Shown here piece after piece: positions 33,091-41,259 of a DNA stretch of 64,000 nt. Both the position numbers and the translations under genes were made by a program. The stretch comes from a virus: the IMG/VR virus record IMGVR_UViG_3300028837_001734, positions 1-64,000 of that record, one strand, 5' to 3'. Numbering within the stretch: position 1 is the stretch's first letter; the number at the start of each line of letters is the position of its first letter. A model generated the notes under the pieces. The model saw nothing but the letters and a program-made list of their open reading frames with translations, did no database searches and had not been told where the DNA came from.

Positions 33091-33151
33091 AACATACCTT
33101 CCCAGTCCCAAAATCAAAGTGGTACTGACTATCCATATCCTATCCCTATCA

Positions 33152-33160
33152 TTATACACA
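33152..33160 (-). promoter_or_regulatory. Putative late promoter TGTGTATAA
   Basis: Motif directly after a terminator and upstream of 33090. Confidence 0.6.
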
Positions 33161-33168
33161 TTGTCAAT

Positions 33169-33198
33169 AAAAAGGCCGCAGGCATGAAGCCTACGGCC
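33169..33198 (-). terminator. Intrinsic terminator
   Basis: GGCCGTAGGC-TTCAT-GCCTGCGGCC then TTTTT. Confidence 0.8.
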
Positions 33199-33230
33199 AA
33201 GTAGAGGGAAGTAATGATGTCAGAAATTCA

Positions 33231-33785
33231 TTAGAAGTATCTTTGTTCCTTCAGATTTGTTGGCAGACATTCCACAATCGCCAAAAGTTCTACAGGAGTT
33301 GAACCGTTGACCCCAACAGCATCTTCAGCCTGGACAGACAGGGTTGTTCTCAGTGACCCACCCTTTGGAACCGAAACATATGTTGTATCCATAGCCACAC
33401 CAGTTGTGCTGACATAACCAGATTGCGAAGGAGCTTTGAATAGTAGTGTGTCAGTATTTGAAACAACACCAGACAAATTCACACTAACAACATTATCCCA
33501 GGCTGCAGTAGTTGGAGCAGCAGGAGAAGCGTCAACTTCATCAGAACTCTGTAGAGCGACTGTGAAATTAGAACCACCACCGTCGAAACCAGACCCAACC
33601 ACAGAAGTACTATGAACCTCAAATCCTATAACATCTACATTAAATGGACAATCTTTGCTGAAAAATGTCTCTGTGTCGGTCACTGCAGAACCAGATACAG
33701 CAGTAGCTGATAATGTTTTGTACACCTTAAATGTTTTCGGTGTCGGATTAAGATTTGCTCCAAAATTGTCGGTCACTAGAGTCAT
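33231..33785 (-). CDS. Putative virion structural/decoration protein
   Basis: Monocistronic (promoter and terminator), GGAGG RBS, S/T/V-rich. Confidence 0.5.
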   Translation of the reverse strand: MTLVTDNFGANLNPTPKTFKVYKTLSATAVSGSAVTDTETFFSKDCPFNVDVIGFEVHSTSVVGSGFDGGGSNFTVALQSSDEVDASPAAPTTAAWDNVVSVNLSGVVSNTDTLLFKAPSQSGYVSTTGVAMDTTYVSVPKGGSLRTTLSVQAEDAVGVNGSTPVELLAIVECLPTNLKEQRYF

Positions 33786-33866
33786 GGCGTTACCTCCATT
33801 AAAAGTAAGGCTGCAAAGATTCTAATCCTACGCAAGATTAAAGGCTAAGCAGATTCACCTAGAAGT

Positions 33867-33876
33867 TTATACACCA
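33867..33876 (-). promoter_or_regulatory. Putative late promoter TGGTGTATAA
   Basis: Intergenic motif upstream of 33785. Confidence 0.6.
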
Positions 33877-33924
33877 AAAAATGCCAGACGCATAAGATAT
33901 AATGAGATTTACTGCCTGATATGA

Positions 33925-34380
33925 TTAATTAGGGAAATTGATATGTGCAAATTCTCCAAAATATTGTTTAGCAGCCGAATCATATGCTTTTGCCGCATCC
34001 TGTTCTTGCAAAAAATATCCTAAATGTTTCTTCTTACCATTGATGCGGATGGCAGCGTGCCATTTGCTGTTATATTTATTAAAGCAGACACCCTTAAACC
34101 TAGAAGTTCTTTTTTGTGTTAGATGTAAGTTGGCCATATTTTGTGATCTAGTGGCTATCCTTAAATTACAACGACGATTATCACACCCGTTATTGTTAAT
34201 ATGATCAATTTCAAGCCCATTTGGATTATTCATTAAAAAACGATGCATGGATTGTTTTTTCCCATCAATTTTTGCCCATGCATAGCCGTTAGAGTAACAC
34301 CACGATCTAACAATCAAATTGCTGTAATCCATGTCGTCGACTATCGCAACTTTCCCTTGTGTTAATGGTATAGTTTGCAT
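33925..34380 (-). CDS. HNH-AP2 homing endonuclease
   Basis: MHRFLM...IDHINNNGCDNRRCNLR + SRFKGV...W.A.I...LGYF...AAKAYD. Confidence 0.9.
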   Translation of the reverse strand: MQTIPLTQGKVAIVDDMDYSNLIVRSWCYSNGYAWAKIDGKKQSMHRFLMNNPNGLEIDHINNNGCDNRRCNLRIATRSQNMANLHLTQKRTSRFKGVCFNKYNSKWHAAIRINGKKKHLGYFLQEQDAAKAYDSAAKQYFGEFAHINFPN

Positions 34381-34436
34381 AATAAAATTCGAGCCCTATT
34401 CCTGGAGAGCTACTCATCGCCATGCACTGTTCAAAT

Positions 34437-34510
34437 CAGGCCGGGCAGGACTCGAACCTGCAAGCATCCTGGATCAAAACCAGACGTTCTGCCAATTGAA
34501 CTACCAGCCC
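34437..34510 (-). tRNA. tRNA-Gln(TTG)
   Basis: Cloverleaf GGGCTGG...TCTGG-TT-TTG-AT-CCAGG...GCAGG-TTCGAGT-CCTGC-CCGGCCT-G; CCA not encoded. Confidence 0.85.
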
Positions 34511-34541
34511 ACTGCAAAGTCATTTTTTATAGGATTCTAGT

Positions 34542-34799
34542 TTACTCTGCGTCTATTTTTAGACCAAGATTTCGAGCAATCTCGATAATCGCCTGACGGA
34601 AATCTTTGGTACGACCAGCCTTTATATCTTCCATGCTTTTTTCCAACAGATGTAAACTCTGTCTCATTTCTTCGTCTTGCATAAATTTCTCAAGACAATC
34701 TACACATCTGGTAGCTTCATATGGTTTTCTACCTGGACAATCAATTCCGGATCTTTTACGACATTCAAAACAAAGAATTCCAGTTTCTTTCTCTATCAT
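34542..34799 (-). CDS. Small hypothetical protein with CxxC pairs and an antitoxin-like SMEDIKAGRT segment
   Basis: ORF; weak motif resemblance. Confidence 0.4.
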   Translation of the reverse strand: MIEKETGILCFECRKRSGIDCPGRKPYEATRCVDCLEKFMQDEEMRQSLHLLEKSMEDIKAGRTKDFRQAIIEIARNLGLKIDAE

Positions 34800-35023
34800 A
34801 AGATTTCCAATTCCTCTAATTCTATTTTATCTAGGGCCAACTGTGTATTGATAACTATTGCCATAGCCTGTATTGCTCCTCTGTCTATATCAATATTAAT
34901 ATCGCCATCGACCAATCTACGAGCCTGGTCACTCATATTTGCACCAATACCCCAAGCGTCTTTCAGTTTCTTTAAGTAATCATCCCTATGTTTTATTAAC
35001 AGTACCTTATTTTTTATATCCAT
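34796..35023 (-). CDS. Hypothetical protein
   Basis: ORF with AGGA RBS, overlapping the next gene. Confidence 0.5.
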   Translation of the reverse strand: MDIKNKVLLIKHRDDYLKKLKDAWGIGANMSDQARRLVDGDINIDIDRGAIQAMAIVINTQLALDKIELEELEIL

Positions 35024-35041
35024 TGTGTTATCCTATTTTAA

Positions 35042-35112
35042 TACCAACGACAGGAATCGAACCTGTACTTCCTGGTCCACAGCCAAGCGTTCTTCCGTTA
35101 AACTACGTCGGC
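35042..35112 (-). tRNA. tRNA-His(GTG)
   Basis: GCCGACG...CTTGG-CT-GTG-GA-CCAGG...ACAGG-TTCGATT-CCTGT-CGTTGGT-A. Confidence 0.85.
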
Positions 35113-35349
35113 TTCTGTTATCAAAGCTTCTAATGTCTCAAGAGTAGCACGAGAAACAACAACCATTGGGCCTTTCCCATGAGTATAATCAGCGGCAGTC
35201 AATAAACCACGAACTACGTCTCTCATAGCTTCTGCAGATTCGTGCATTTTACAAAATGTCAAGAAATCAAAACCATCACTGGTAAAACCACAGTGACATC
35301 CACAATCTTTTTCGTGTGTAATTTCAATGCTCATCACCGCCTCTTCCAA
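35098..35349 (-). CDS. Hypothetical protein
   Basis: ORF in a run of overlapping small genes. Confidence 0.45.
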   Translation of the reverse strand: MEEAVMSIEITHEKDCGCHCGFTSDGFDFLTFCKMHESAEAMRDVVRGLLTAADYTHGKGPMVVVSRATLETLEALITEADVV

Positions 35350-35602
35350 CTACTAATACATCATTTTTACCTAGCGAACAAATAGAGTGAGCACCGTTTT
35401 CATGTAGTGTCCACAAATGAATCACCCTATTATTAGTAGGACATGGTATAGTAAACCAACTCCTACCATTAAGGATCGCATGTGTCTTTTCTAAACATTG
35501 CAATCTCTTTATCTGGAATTCCTGATCTTTGATGATTTTTTGTGCCCATTTAGGTAGTTTTTTTACATCGTGCATCAGTCGCTCACACAAAATTCTGGAC
35601 AA
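35324..35602 (-). CDS. Hypothetical protein
   Basis: ORF with a KLPKWAQ motif seen in small phage proteins. Confidence 0.5.
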   Translation of the reverse strand: MSRILCERLMHDVKKLPKWAQKIIKDQEFQIKRLQCLEKTHAILNGRSWFTIPCPTNNRVIHLWTLHENGAHSICSLGKNDVLVVGRGGDEH

Positions 35603-36051
35603 TCAAATCTCATTTCCAAACCATACATCTTCATGTGTAGCTTACCTCTGACACCACGTTCTAGTAATACTTCTATGAAGCTGTCATCACCATCTGGGTA
35701 CACCATAGAATCATACATAAGATTAGCGGCTAGCCTGACTTCAGCATGATGATCGAAACAAATAATCTTTGGTCTTCGTCCGTACTTTTCATGGAACTTT
35801 AATATCATCCTCTGTATTGTATGTCTGATGTTGGCACGACCGAATCTACGGAGCAATGATTCATCTTCTCTCATTACCTGAGCAGCTATATGTTGTTGAC
35901 GATCAAAATTATCCATAGCCTTTTGCATATCTTGTCCTACTGCCTCCCAATCCTTATAAGCCAATGGACAAATATCATACACGCATTCACATTCTTTACC
36001 ACAATCTTCACATTGCTGAAATTCTCGTTTTCCTAATTCATTTTCGCACAT
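35575..36051 (-). CDS. Hypothetical protein with an N-terminal CxxC
   Basis: ORF with GGAG RBS. Confidence 0.45.
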   Translation of the reverse strand: MCENELGKREFQQCEDCGKECECVYDICPLAYKDWEAVGQDMQKAMDNFDRQQHIAAQVMREDESLLRRFGRANIRHTIQRMILKFHEKYGRRPKIICFDHHAEVRLAANLMYDSMVYPDGDDSFIEVLLERGVRGKLHMKMYGLEMRFDCPEFCVSD

Positions 36052-36187
36052 AAATCTACTCCTTAGGAAACTTCCGTGGTTTCGGACAATTTCTAATTTT
36101 CATCTTCTTTTCCCCAGTAAAAAGAGTCAAGATAGGCATCGATAATCCATACTAAAACTAATGGTCCAAAACCAATAACCCATACCA

Positions 36188-36481
36188 TCATTCTGTAACT
36201 CTACTAATACCATCCTTAGTTTTTATCTTAGCAACTCTAAATCCTAAAATCCTATCATCTTGTTCGTTCATGAGCATCTGGATAACATTTTCCCTATCAC
36301 TAACAAGACCATTCAATAAGCCTATTAACCTTAATCTACCATCCATCGTAACTTGAACTGTAGGATGATCAATCATTTCTTGATCTGCGTGAATAGAAAT
36401 ATTAAGCAACATCTTATTAACAGTTTCTTCATCCTGATCTAATGCACTATTCAGAAAAGCTACCACTTGATTCATTGTCAT
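36188..36481 (-). CDS. Hypothetical protein
   Basis: ORF, GGAG RBS before MTMNQ. Confidence 0.5.
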   Translation of the reverse strand: MTMNQVVAFLNSALDQDEETVNKMLLNISIHADQEMIDHPTVQVTMDGRLRLIGLLNGLVSDRENVIQMLMNEQDDRILGFRVAKIKTKDGISRVTE

Positions 36482-36507
36482 TTTAAGAACTCCCAATAAT
36501 TTCAGTT

Positions 36508-36681
36508 TCAATAAAGCGTTTCCTCTTCTAATCCTATATCTAAAGCTATCCTTCTAGCTAATAAATCAGCACCTTTACAACCTCCTTCTATAATTATAGC
36601 ATCTTTCGGAAGTCTACGCAACCTATCTTCGATGGTTTTTATGTTTAACCACCTTCTGTCACCACAAACAATTACTTTCAT
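36508..36681 (-). pseudogene. Truncated YspA/SLOG (DUF2493-like) protein
   Basis: MKVIVCGDR...IIEGGCKGADLLA; stops before the usual W...G.AAGP.RN segment. Confidence 0.65.
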
Positions 36682-36694
36682 ATTAATTCCACAC

Positions 36695-36770
36695 CTGTCT
36701 CTTATACACATCTCCGAGCCCACGAGACTAGGCATGATCTCGTATGCCGTCTTCTGCTTGAAAAAAAAAA
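36695..36770 (+). other. Illumina Nextera read-through adapter (assembly artefact)
   Basis: CTGTCTCTTATACACATCTCCGAGCCCACGAGAC-TAGGCATG (index)-ATCTCGTATGCCGTCTTCTGCTTG-A10. Confidence 0.99.
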
Positions 36771-36814
36771 GGTACACAATCTCCACATCTAGGTCTCAAC
36801 GAATCATCCTTATC

Positions 36815-37054
36815 TATCCCTTTGCAAAAACAACCAAGCACTTTGCCTTTCAATTTTGCTATTCGTGCAGCAAATTCTGGATCAGTCCGCAATCTATCAT
36901 AAAAATGTATATAATATAAATCTAGAACCTCGTCACGATTACCATTTCGTCCAATTATAAATGGATTCCCAAAATAACCATCCTGTCCATTACCAGCTCT
37001 CCCTATATACACATCATATTTATCATGTTTAATATTTACAACAGTAGTTTTCAT
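36815..37054 (-). CDS. DUF4326-like protein, C-terminus corrupted by the adapter
   Basis: YDVYIGR...FGNPF...LKGKVLGCFCK. Confidence 0.8.
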
Positions 37055-37305
37055 GTATCAATCCTCTCATGAATATCAAATGTTATACCATCATAAGTGG
37101 CGCTGTAAATGCCATAGTGAGGACCAACCTTATCTACGCATACCTTCAAAACTTGTATAGCTTCCTTCAACGAATCACAAGTACCATAAAAAACAATCTT
37201 TTCTGGACCAGGTAATTTTCCATCATTACGGTTGACCATTACAAGATATACCTTTTGTGTCGTGCTATTCATCATTATACTCCACATCAAGTTCCAGGAT
37301 ATCAT
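37051..37305 (-). CDS. Hypothetical protein
   Basis: ORF in an overlapping gene run. Confidence 0.45.
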   Translation of the reverse strand: MISWNLMWSIMMNSTTQKVYLVMVNRNDGKLPGPEKIVFYGTCDSLKEAIQVLKVCVDKVGPHYGIYSATYDGITFDIHERIDT

Positions 37306-37519
37306 CTGCTATGTGAGCCAAAAAATCAGGAGCATCTGTATTAGGGCCATCTCTCTGTACGACAGACTCACCATCAAATGCTTCATGATGGAAAAACCAC
37401 TTAACAACAGCTTCAAAAAGATCTTCTCTGGTCTCAGGATCATCTTTATAAGTTACTTCACCGAAATCTGTTTTTTTACGACGAATCACTATATTACTCC
37501 TATATTCAGAAATTTTCAC
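37265..37519 (-). CDS. Hypothetical protein
   Basis: ORF in an overlapping gene run. Confidence 0.45.
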   Translation of the reverse strand: MKISEYRSNIVIRRKKTDFGEVTYKDDPETREDLFEAVVKWFFHHEAFDGESVVQRDGPNTDAPDFLAHIADDILELDVEYNDE

Positions 37520-37733
37520 ATCTATCTTGCCATATTATATTACGAACTACATCTTTTAATTGTGACATAACCAATATACGATGTTGTCTCATAGAATTAT
37601 TTAGATCCTCCTCTAATCCCATCAATAGTCCGTGTTCATTTCTGAGATATTCTGCGATATATGATACAACTACCGATACTTCTTCTTCCGAAGGGTTTTC
37701 TGGTCCCATACAAGGCATAGTCCGATACTCCAA
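37506..37733 (-). CDS. Hypothetical protein
   Basis: ORF. Confidence 0.45.
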   Translation of the reverse strand: MEYRTMPCMGPENPSEEEVSVVVSYIAEYLRNEHGLLMGLEEDLNNSMRQHRILVMSQLKDVVRNIIWQDRCENF

Positions 37734-37734
37734 T

Positions 37735-37868
37735 AAAAAAGCCCGCAGTTTCCTACGGGCGAGATCTACTCCAATTTTCTGGAACTAGACCTAACCCGCA
37801 TCACCTCTCGGTGCGGCATTTGGATTAGGTTGATTAAGCTGATGCTTATACATTCCAGAAACCTCCAA
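37735..37868 (-). ncRNA. Candidate small structured RNA with its own promoter and terminator
   Basis: TGTGTATAA at 37874-37882; stems TTTCTGGAA/TTCCAGAAA, ACCTAA/TTAGGT, CACC-GAGA-GGTG; terminator GCCCGTAG-GAAA-CTGCGGGC-T6. Confidence 0.5.
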
Positions 37869-38132
37869 AAATGTTATACACAAAGTTAAGAATTTCTATT
37901 GCGAATTACTGATGTTAAAACAAAAATAATTCCACAAGCAAAACCAATACCACATAATACAACAGATGTAGTAGAAAAACCACAACAAGCAAGTAAACTA
38001 TACATTTTACCTCCCTAGAATATCAATAATCCAACTAGAACCAAAATGATAATTAGTAGACCAACAACAACTGGCCAACCAGCAGCAATCATAAATACTA
38101 TATTATCCCACAAGTCATACATATAACATCAC

Positions 38133-39152
38133 CTAAAATACTACGATCTCTGTAGATCCAAGCAAGAACTGAATCAATCTACCCATCCCCAAACCAAAAC
38201 CACTTCTAATTAAAGTATTATGACTACGGCATCCTCTTTTGTCATCTGAGGAAAGGTTTAAATAAGATACAAAGGGAGCCCAACTAGCTTGCTCGACTTT
38301 TGTATTAACTACACCACCATTAGTTTGATCAGCACGAATTTTCGTCATCTGCTGAAACATTAAACTTTCTCTTAATTTAATACTAAGAGTTCTATAATCT
38401 TCTTCCCGTCTCGATCCGCCGAAAGTTTCACCAGCCCAAGGTAAAAGCAAATCAACACAATCGACAGTAAATCTATTTTCATTATATTCCTCAATAGGCA
38501 TATTTGCTTTTAATGGTTCACGACAAGTACGATACATATTGAAAAACTTGATGGATTCTGGATAATGCGTGACCTGAACAGGACCTTCAAATAGAACACA
38601 TATCATTTCTTCAACATTAGAAGTAAAATCATCACCCCAATTGATAGAAACACCACGGTTACTCAACATTTCAACTACTTCTGTATAAGTGATGATCTTA
38701 GCTGGACTATCCAAAAAACCCTCAAGTCTCCGTCGATGTTCCGTACTAATACAATCTGATTGTAAAGCCGTACTAATCGCAGCATTTAGAATTTTCTGTT
38801 GGAATAAAAGTAAAGCCTTTAAGTCAAAATTTAAAGATTCAAATTCAAGCAATGCAAATTCAGCCAGATGACGTCCATCACCAGCCTTAGGTTCATTTCG
38901 ATAACTACGTCCCAAAGTCCAGACACCAGGAAGACCATGTTGTAAAATTTCTGCTTCCATCAATAACTGATCTGTTTGTGATAGATATGCTAATTGTGGA
39001 GTATTCTGCAAAATAAAAGCTGTTGGTACATTTTCACACGCCCCAGTACCACCAGTAATTTTATTATAATATGATTCCACCACATCGCTATCATACATAA
39101 CAGCTCTAATCTTATCTAATACGTCAGCCTTAAGTTTAATCAATTCCTTCAT
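38133..39152 (-). CDS. AsnRS/AspRS-related class II aaRS catalytic-domain protein (archaeal-type asparagine synthetase-like)
   Basis: TGACEN, YLSQTDQL, SYRNE...RHLAEF.LLEFE, GETFGGSRRE, SGFGLGMGRL; no anticodon-binding OB domain. Confidence 0.8.
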   Translation of the reverse strand: MKELIKLKADVLDKIRAVMYDSDVVESYYNKITGGTGACENVPTAFILQNTPQLAYLSQTDQLLMEAEILQHGLPGVWTLGRSYRNEPKAGDGRHLAEFALLEFESLNFDLKALLLFQQKILNAAISTALQSDCISTEHRRRLEGFLDSPAKIITYTEVVEMLSNRGVSINWGDDFTSNVEEMICVLFEGPVQVTHYPESIKFFNMYRTCREPLKANMPIEEYNENRFTVDCVDLLLPWAGETFGGSRREEDYRTLSIKLRESLMFQQMTKIRADQTNGGVVNTKVEQASWAPFVSYLNLSSDDKRGCRSHNTLIRSGFGLGMGRLIQFLLGSTEIVVF

Positions 39153-39491
39153 TTATTTATCCTTTTTCATGTGTTTAAATTGCTCAATTTGCTTGAGTCT
39201 ATCCTCAGCCTGTTTCCTCGACGAATAACATCCCAACTTCTTTCCGGTCTTGCTATAAATACAAAATGGTTTACTATCAGGACCATCTTTACGAATTACA
39301 GCATCAGTTTTTAAAGCTTCTAATAATTCTTCATTCCAATCTGTCACTGAACGTTCACCCCTTTTCAAAATTTCTTCTTTATCAAGATAATATTTATATG
39401 GCGTATTTCCTTTTCTCCTGCGTTTTCTGCGTGTTTGACTTTTATTAGTGCGAGTACTCATGTGATACCAACTCAGTCCAACAGCAGCCAC
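39153..39491 (-). CDS. Basic hypothetical phage protein
   Basis: FCIYSKTGKKLGCYSSRKQAEDRL segment typical of small phage domains. Confidence 0.5.
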   Translation of the reverse strand: MAAVGLSWYHMSTRTNKSQTRRKRRRKGNTPYKYYLDKEEILKRGERSVTDWNEELLEALKTDAVIRKDGPDSKPFCIYSKTGKKLGCYSSRKQAEDRLKQIEQFKHMKKDK

Positions 39492-39499
39492 TATACGAA

Positions 39500-39745
39500 T
39501 TAATAGGACACCTCAGCAGTCTTGGCCCAATCATCCCATTCATCAATATCTACTTGTTTTCGAATCGGTTCAGGTTCTACTATAGTACCTAATGGCTGAT
39601 CAACTATTACTTCATAAAATACTTGACTCATTGAAACATCTAAAACAAATCTACGTTCGATACCCCATTCGGAGTCATTCCTGACGAATTTAGAATACGT
39701 ACAACCCATTTCGGGTGTTAACATTATTCCAAAGCCCCTTCCCAT
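39500..39745 (-). CDS. Hypothetical protein
   Basis: ORF. Confidence 0.4.
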   Translation of the reverse strand: MGRGFGIMLTPEMGCTYSKFVRNDSEWGIERRFVLDVSMSQVFYEVIVDQPLGTIVEPEPIRKQVDIDEWDDWAKTAEVSY

Positions 39746-39966
39746 CCGTGTAAAAGCTTATCATTATTATCAAAAAATAATTCACCACATACATCCATAT
39801 TTCCTGAACATGCAGATAAATCCCACCCATATATATTAGTTAATAAATCACAGCCAGGTAGAATAAATAAACATAACAATATAATTATCCATATTGGGAC
39901 CATAAATTTAATAACCGTTTGCCAAGAATTATTTTGATAACGATAGTCTCTCATAATTATCCCCAT
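39724..39966 (-). CDS. Putative small lipoprotein/membrane protein
   Basis: Hydrophobic stretch ending in an LPGC lipobox-like motif. Confidence 0.45.
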   Translation of the reverse strand: MGIIMRDYRYQNNSWQTVIKFMVPIWIIILLCLFILPGCDLLTNIYGWDLSACSGNMDVCGELFFDNNDKLLHGWEGALE

Positions 39967-40163
39967 CCACTACCAGATGCTCTTTTCCGAGCACTAGGAG
40001 GTTTCTTTAAAGGAGGAAAACGTCTATAAATTTCACGTGCTTTCAATTTATCAAGTTCTCTATGCCATGCTTCTTCTCTTGCTGGAGTCCAGGCATTAGG
40101 ACTACCAATAGAATCTAAAATAGTTTCATCAGGTTTTGACAATCCATCCTTGTTTCTACTCAT
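39957..40163 (-). CDS. Hypothetical protein
   Basis: Likely start MSRNK after AGGAAGGA; the upstream part of the ORF-track call is tRNA-Thr. Confidence 0.4.
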   Translation of the reverse strand: MSRNKDGLSKPDETILDSIGSPNAWTPAREEAWHRELDKLKAREIYRRFPPLKKPPSARKRASGSGWG

Positions 40164-40184
40164 CTCATAATTTTCCTTCCTAAG

Positions 40185-40258
40185 AGCCGCGAGAGGGATT
40201 CGAACCCTCGACATTTGGTTTACAAAACCAACGCTCTGTCCAACTGAGCTATCACGGC
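40185..40258 (-). tRNA. tRNA-Thr(TGT)
   Basis: GCCGTGA-TA-GCTC...GAGC-G-TTGGT-TT-TGT-AA-ACCAA...GAGGG-TTCGAAT-CCCTC-TCGCGGC. Confidence 0.9.
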
Positions 40259-40476
40259 TGCTGAGATAAAAGGCGATCCACAACTACTTTCATAGTAGGA
40301 TCTAAATCTGAATAATAGCAACCTTTTACCCATCTGCCATGAACAAAAGCGGCATAGCATACAGTAGCTACTTCTATATCTTTAGGTGTTTTACCGTCAA
40401 CATCTACATCAAGCCAATAATTAGAAGTAACACTATTAGTAGTTTTGTTACAATTCATACATCTAGCCAGTGGCAT
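40252..40476 (-). CDS. Small Cys-containing hypothetical protein
   Basis: ORF with AGG RBS. Confidence 0.45.
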   Translation of the reverse strand: MPLARCMNCNKTTNSVTSNYWLDVDVDGKTPKDIEVATVCYAAFVHGRWVKGCYYSDLDPTMKVVVDRLLSQQP

Positions 40477-40482
40477 ATTAAC

Positions 40483-41007
40483 CTACTTTCTATCACAAAC
40501 ACAATTCTCCTCAGATTTCGGAACAATAGTTATTTGGAGATCATTCTCATCCCAATTAACATTATTAGTCCTGCACACTAATACATCAGTCGCTTTATCA
40601 ACAAGAGCTTTACATCCATTATTAATTTGCACTTCCTCTAATGCGACAATAACAGGATGCTTTTTGGTACATTCTGCAAGATATTTTTTCCAAATAGCAG
40701 TACGGCATGGTTTATCAAGATCACTAACCCATAATGCATCTCTAAGAGCTATCTTTCTACCAAGAGATTTGGAAAAAGTATCAATAGGATGACAAATAGC
40801 AAGACCATAACCAACTATTTCATCATCAACAAAGACCCCAGCAATTGTACATTGTCTAATCCATGATACATCTTGATCATCAATATAATCGAGGACTTCA
40901 CAAGCTAAATGATTTACATCTATAGCATCTAGTAAAGTTTCTTTATTAAATCGACCATGCTCAAATCTAATTGCAATATTCTTAGATGAAAATTCCAATT
41001 TTAACAT
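40483..41007 (-). CDS. Hypothetical phage protein
   Basis: G.A.CHP.D.F.K..GRKIAL motif common in phage proteins. Confidence 0.55.
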   Translation of the reverse strand: MLKLEFSSKNIAIRFEHGRFNKETLLDAIDVNHLACEVLDYIDDQDVSWIRQCTIAGVFVDDEIVGYGLAICHPIDTFSKSLGRKIALRDALWVSDLDKPCRTAIWKKYLAECTKKHPVIVALEEVQINNGCKALVDKATDVLVCRTNNVNWDENDLQITIVPKSEENCVCDRK

Positions 41008-41046
41008 TAGTATACCTCTCTAATTCAACAGATCCTATCAAAACAC

Positions 41047-41182
41047 TGACGAGTATCGGATTCGAACCAACAGTCCTCTTTAATTTCCCCTAGGTCCAAC
41101 ACAATCGGGGTCGGTGGTATAGGACACCCCACCAAGCTCACTCCAGTGATACACTCCCTAACAACTAGTGCTTTCCTCGTCC
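41047..41182 (-). ncRNA. tRNA-like RNA with expanded D and variable regions
   Basis: Acceptor-like GACGAG/CTCGTC and T-arm TGTTGG-TTCGAAT-CCGATA enclosing extra hairpins; 2-3 nt downstream of tRNA-CAT. Confidence 0.55.
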
Positions 41183-41184
41183 AA

Positions 41185-41255
41185 TAGCCGGGGGTGGAGT
41201 CGAACCACCAGTTACGGTTTATGAGACCGTCGTGTTGCCGTTACACTACCCCGCA
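41185..41255 (-). tRNA. tRNA with CAT anticodon (Met/fMet/Ile2 unresolved)
   Basis: ACGGT-CT-CAT-AA-ACCGT, GGTGG-TTCGACT-CCACC; mismatches at 1:72 and 4:69. Confidence 0.8.
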
Positions 41256-41259
41256 AACT

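Noticed and set aside
33100-33150. GGATA repeats in the leader as CsrA-like sites
   Set aside because: The repeats are short and low-complexity, and there is no supporting regulator in the window.
36508-36919. ORFs 36632..36919 (+), the N-terminus of 36508..36786 and the C-terminus of 36728..37054; apparent Tn5 mosaic end
   Set aside because: These are translations of the Nextera adapter (LSLIHISEPTR, FFFKQKTAYEI), not a transposon or real proteins. Its TTATACAC was excluded from the promoter count.
37790-37860. Hammerhead ribozyme (CTGATG seen on + strand)
   Set aside because: The core CTGANGA and a correctly placed GAAA are not both present.
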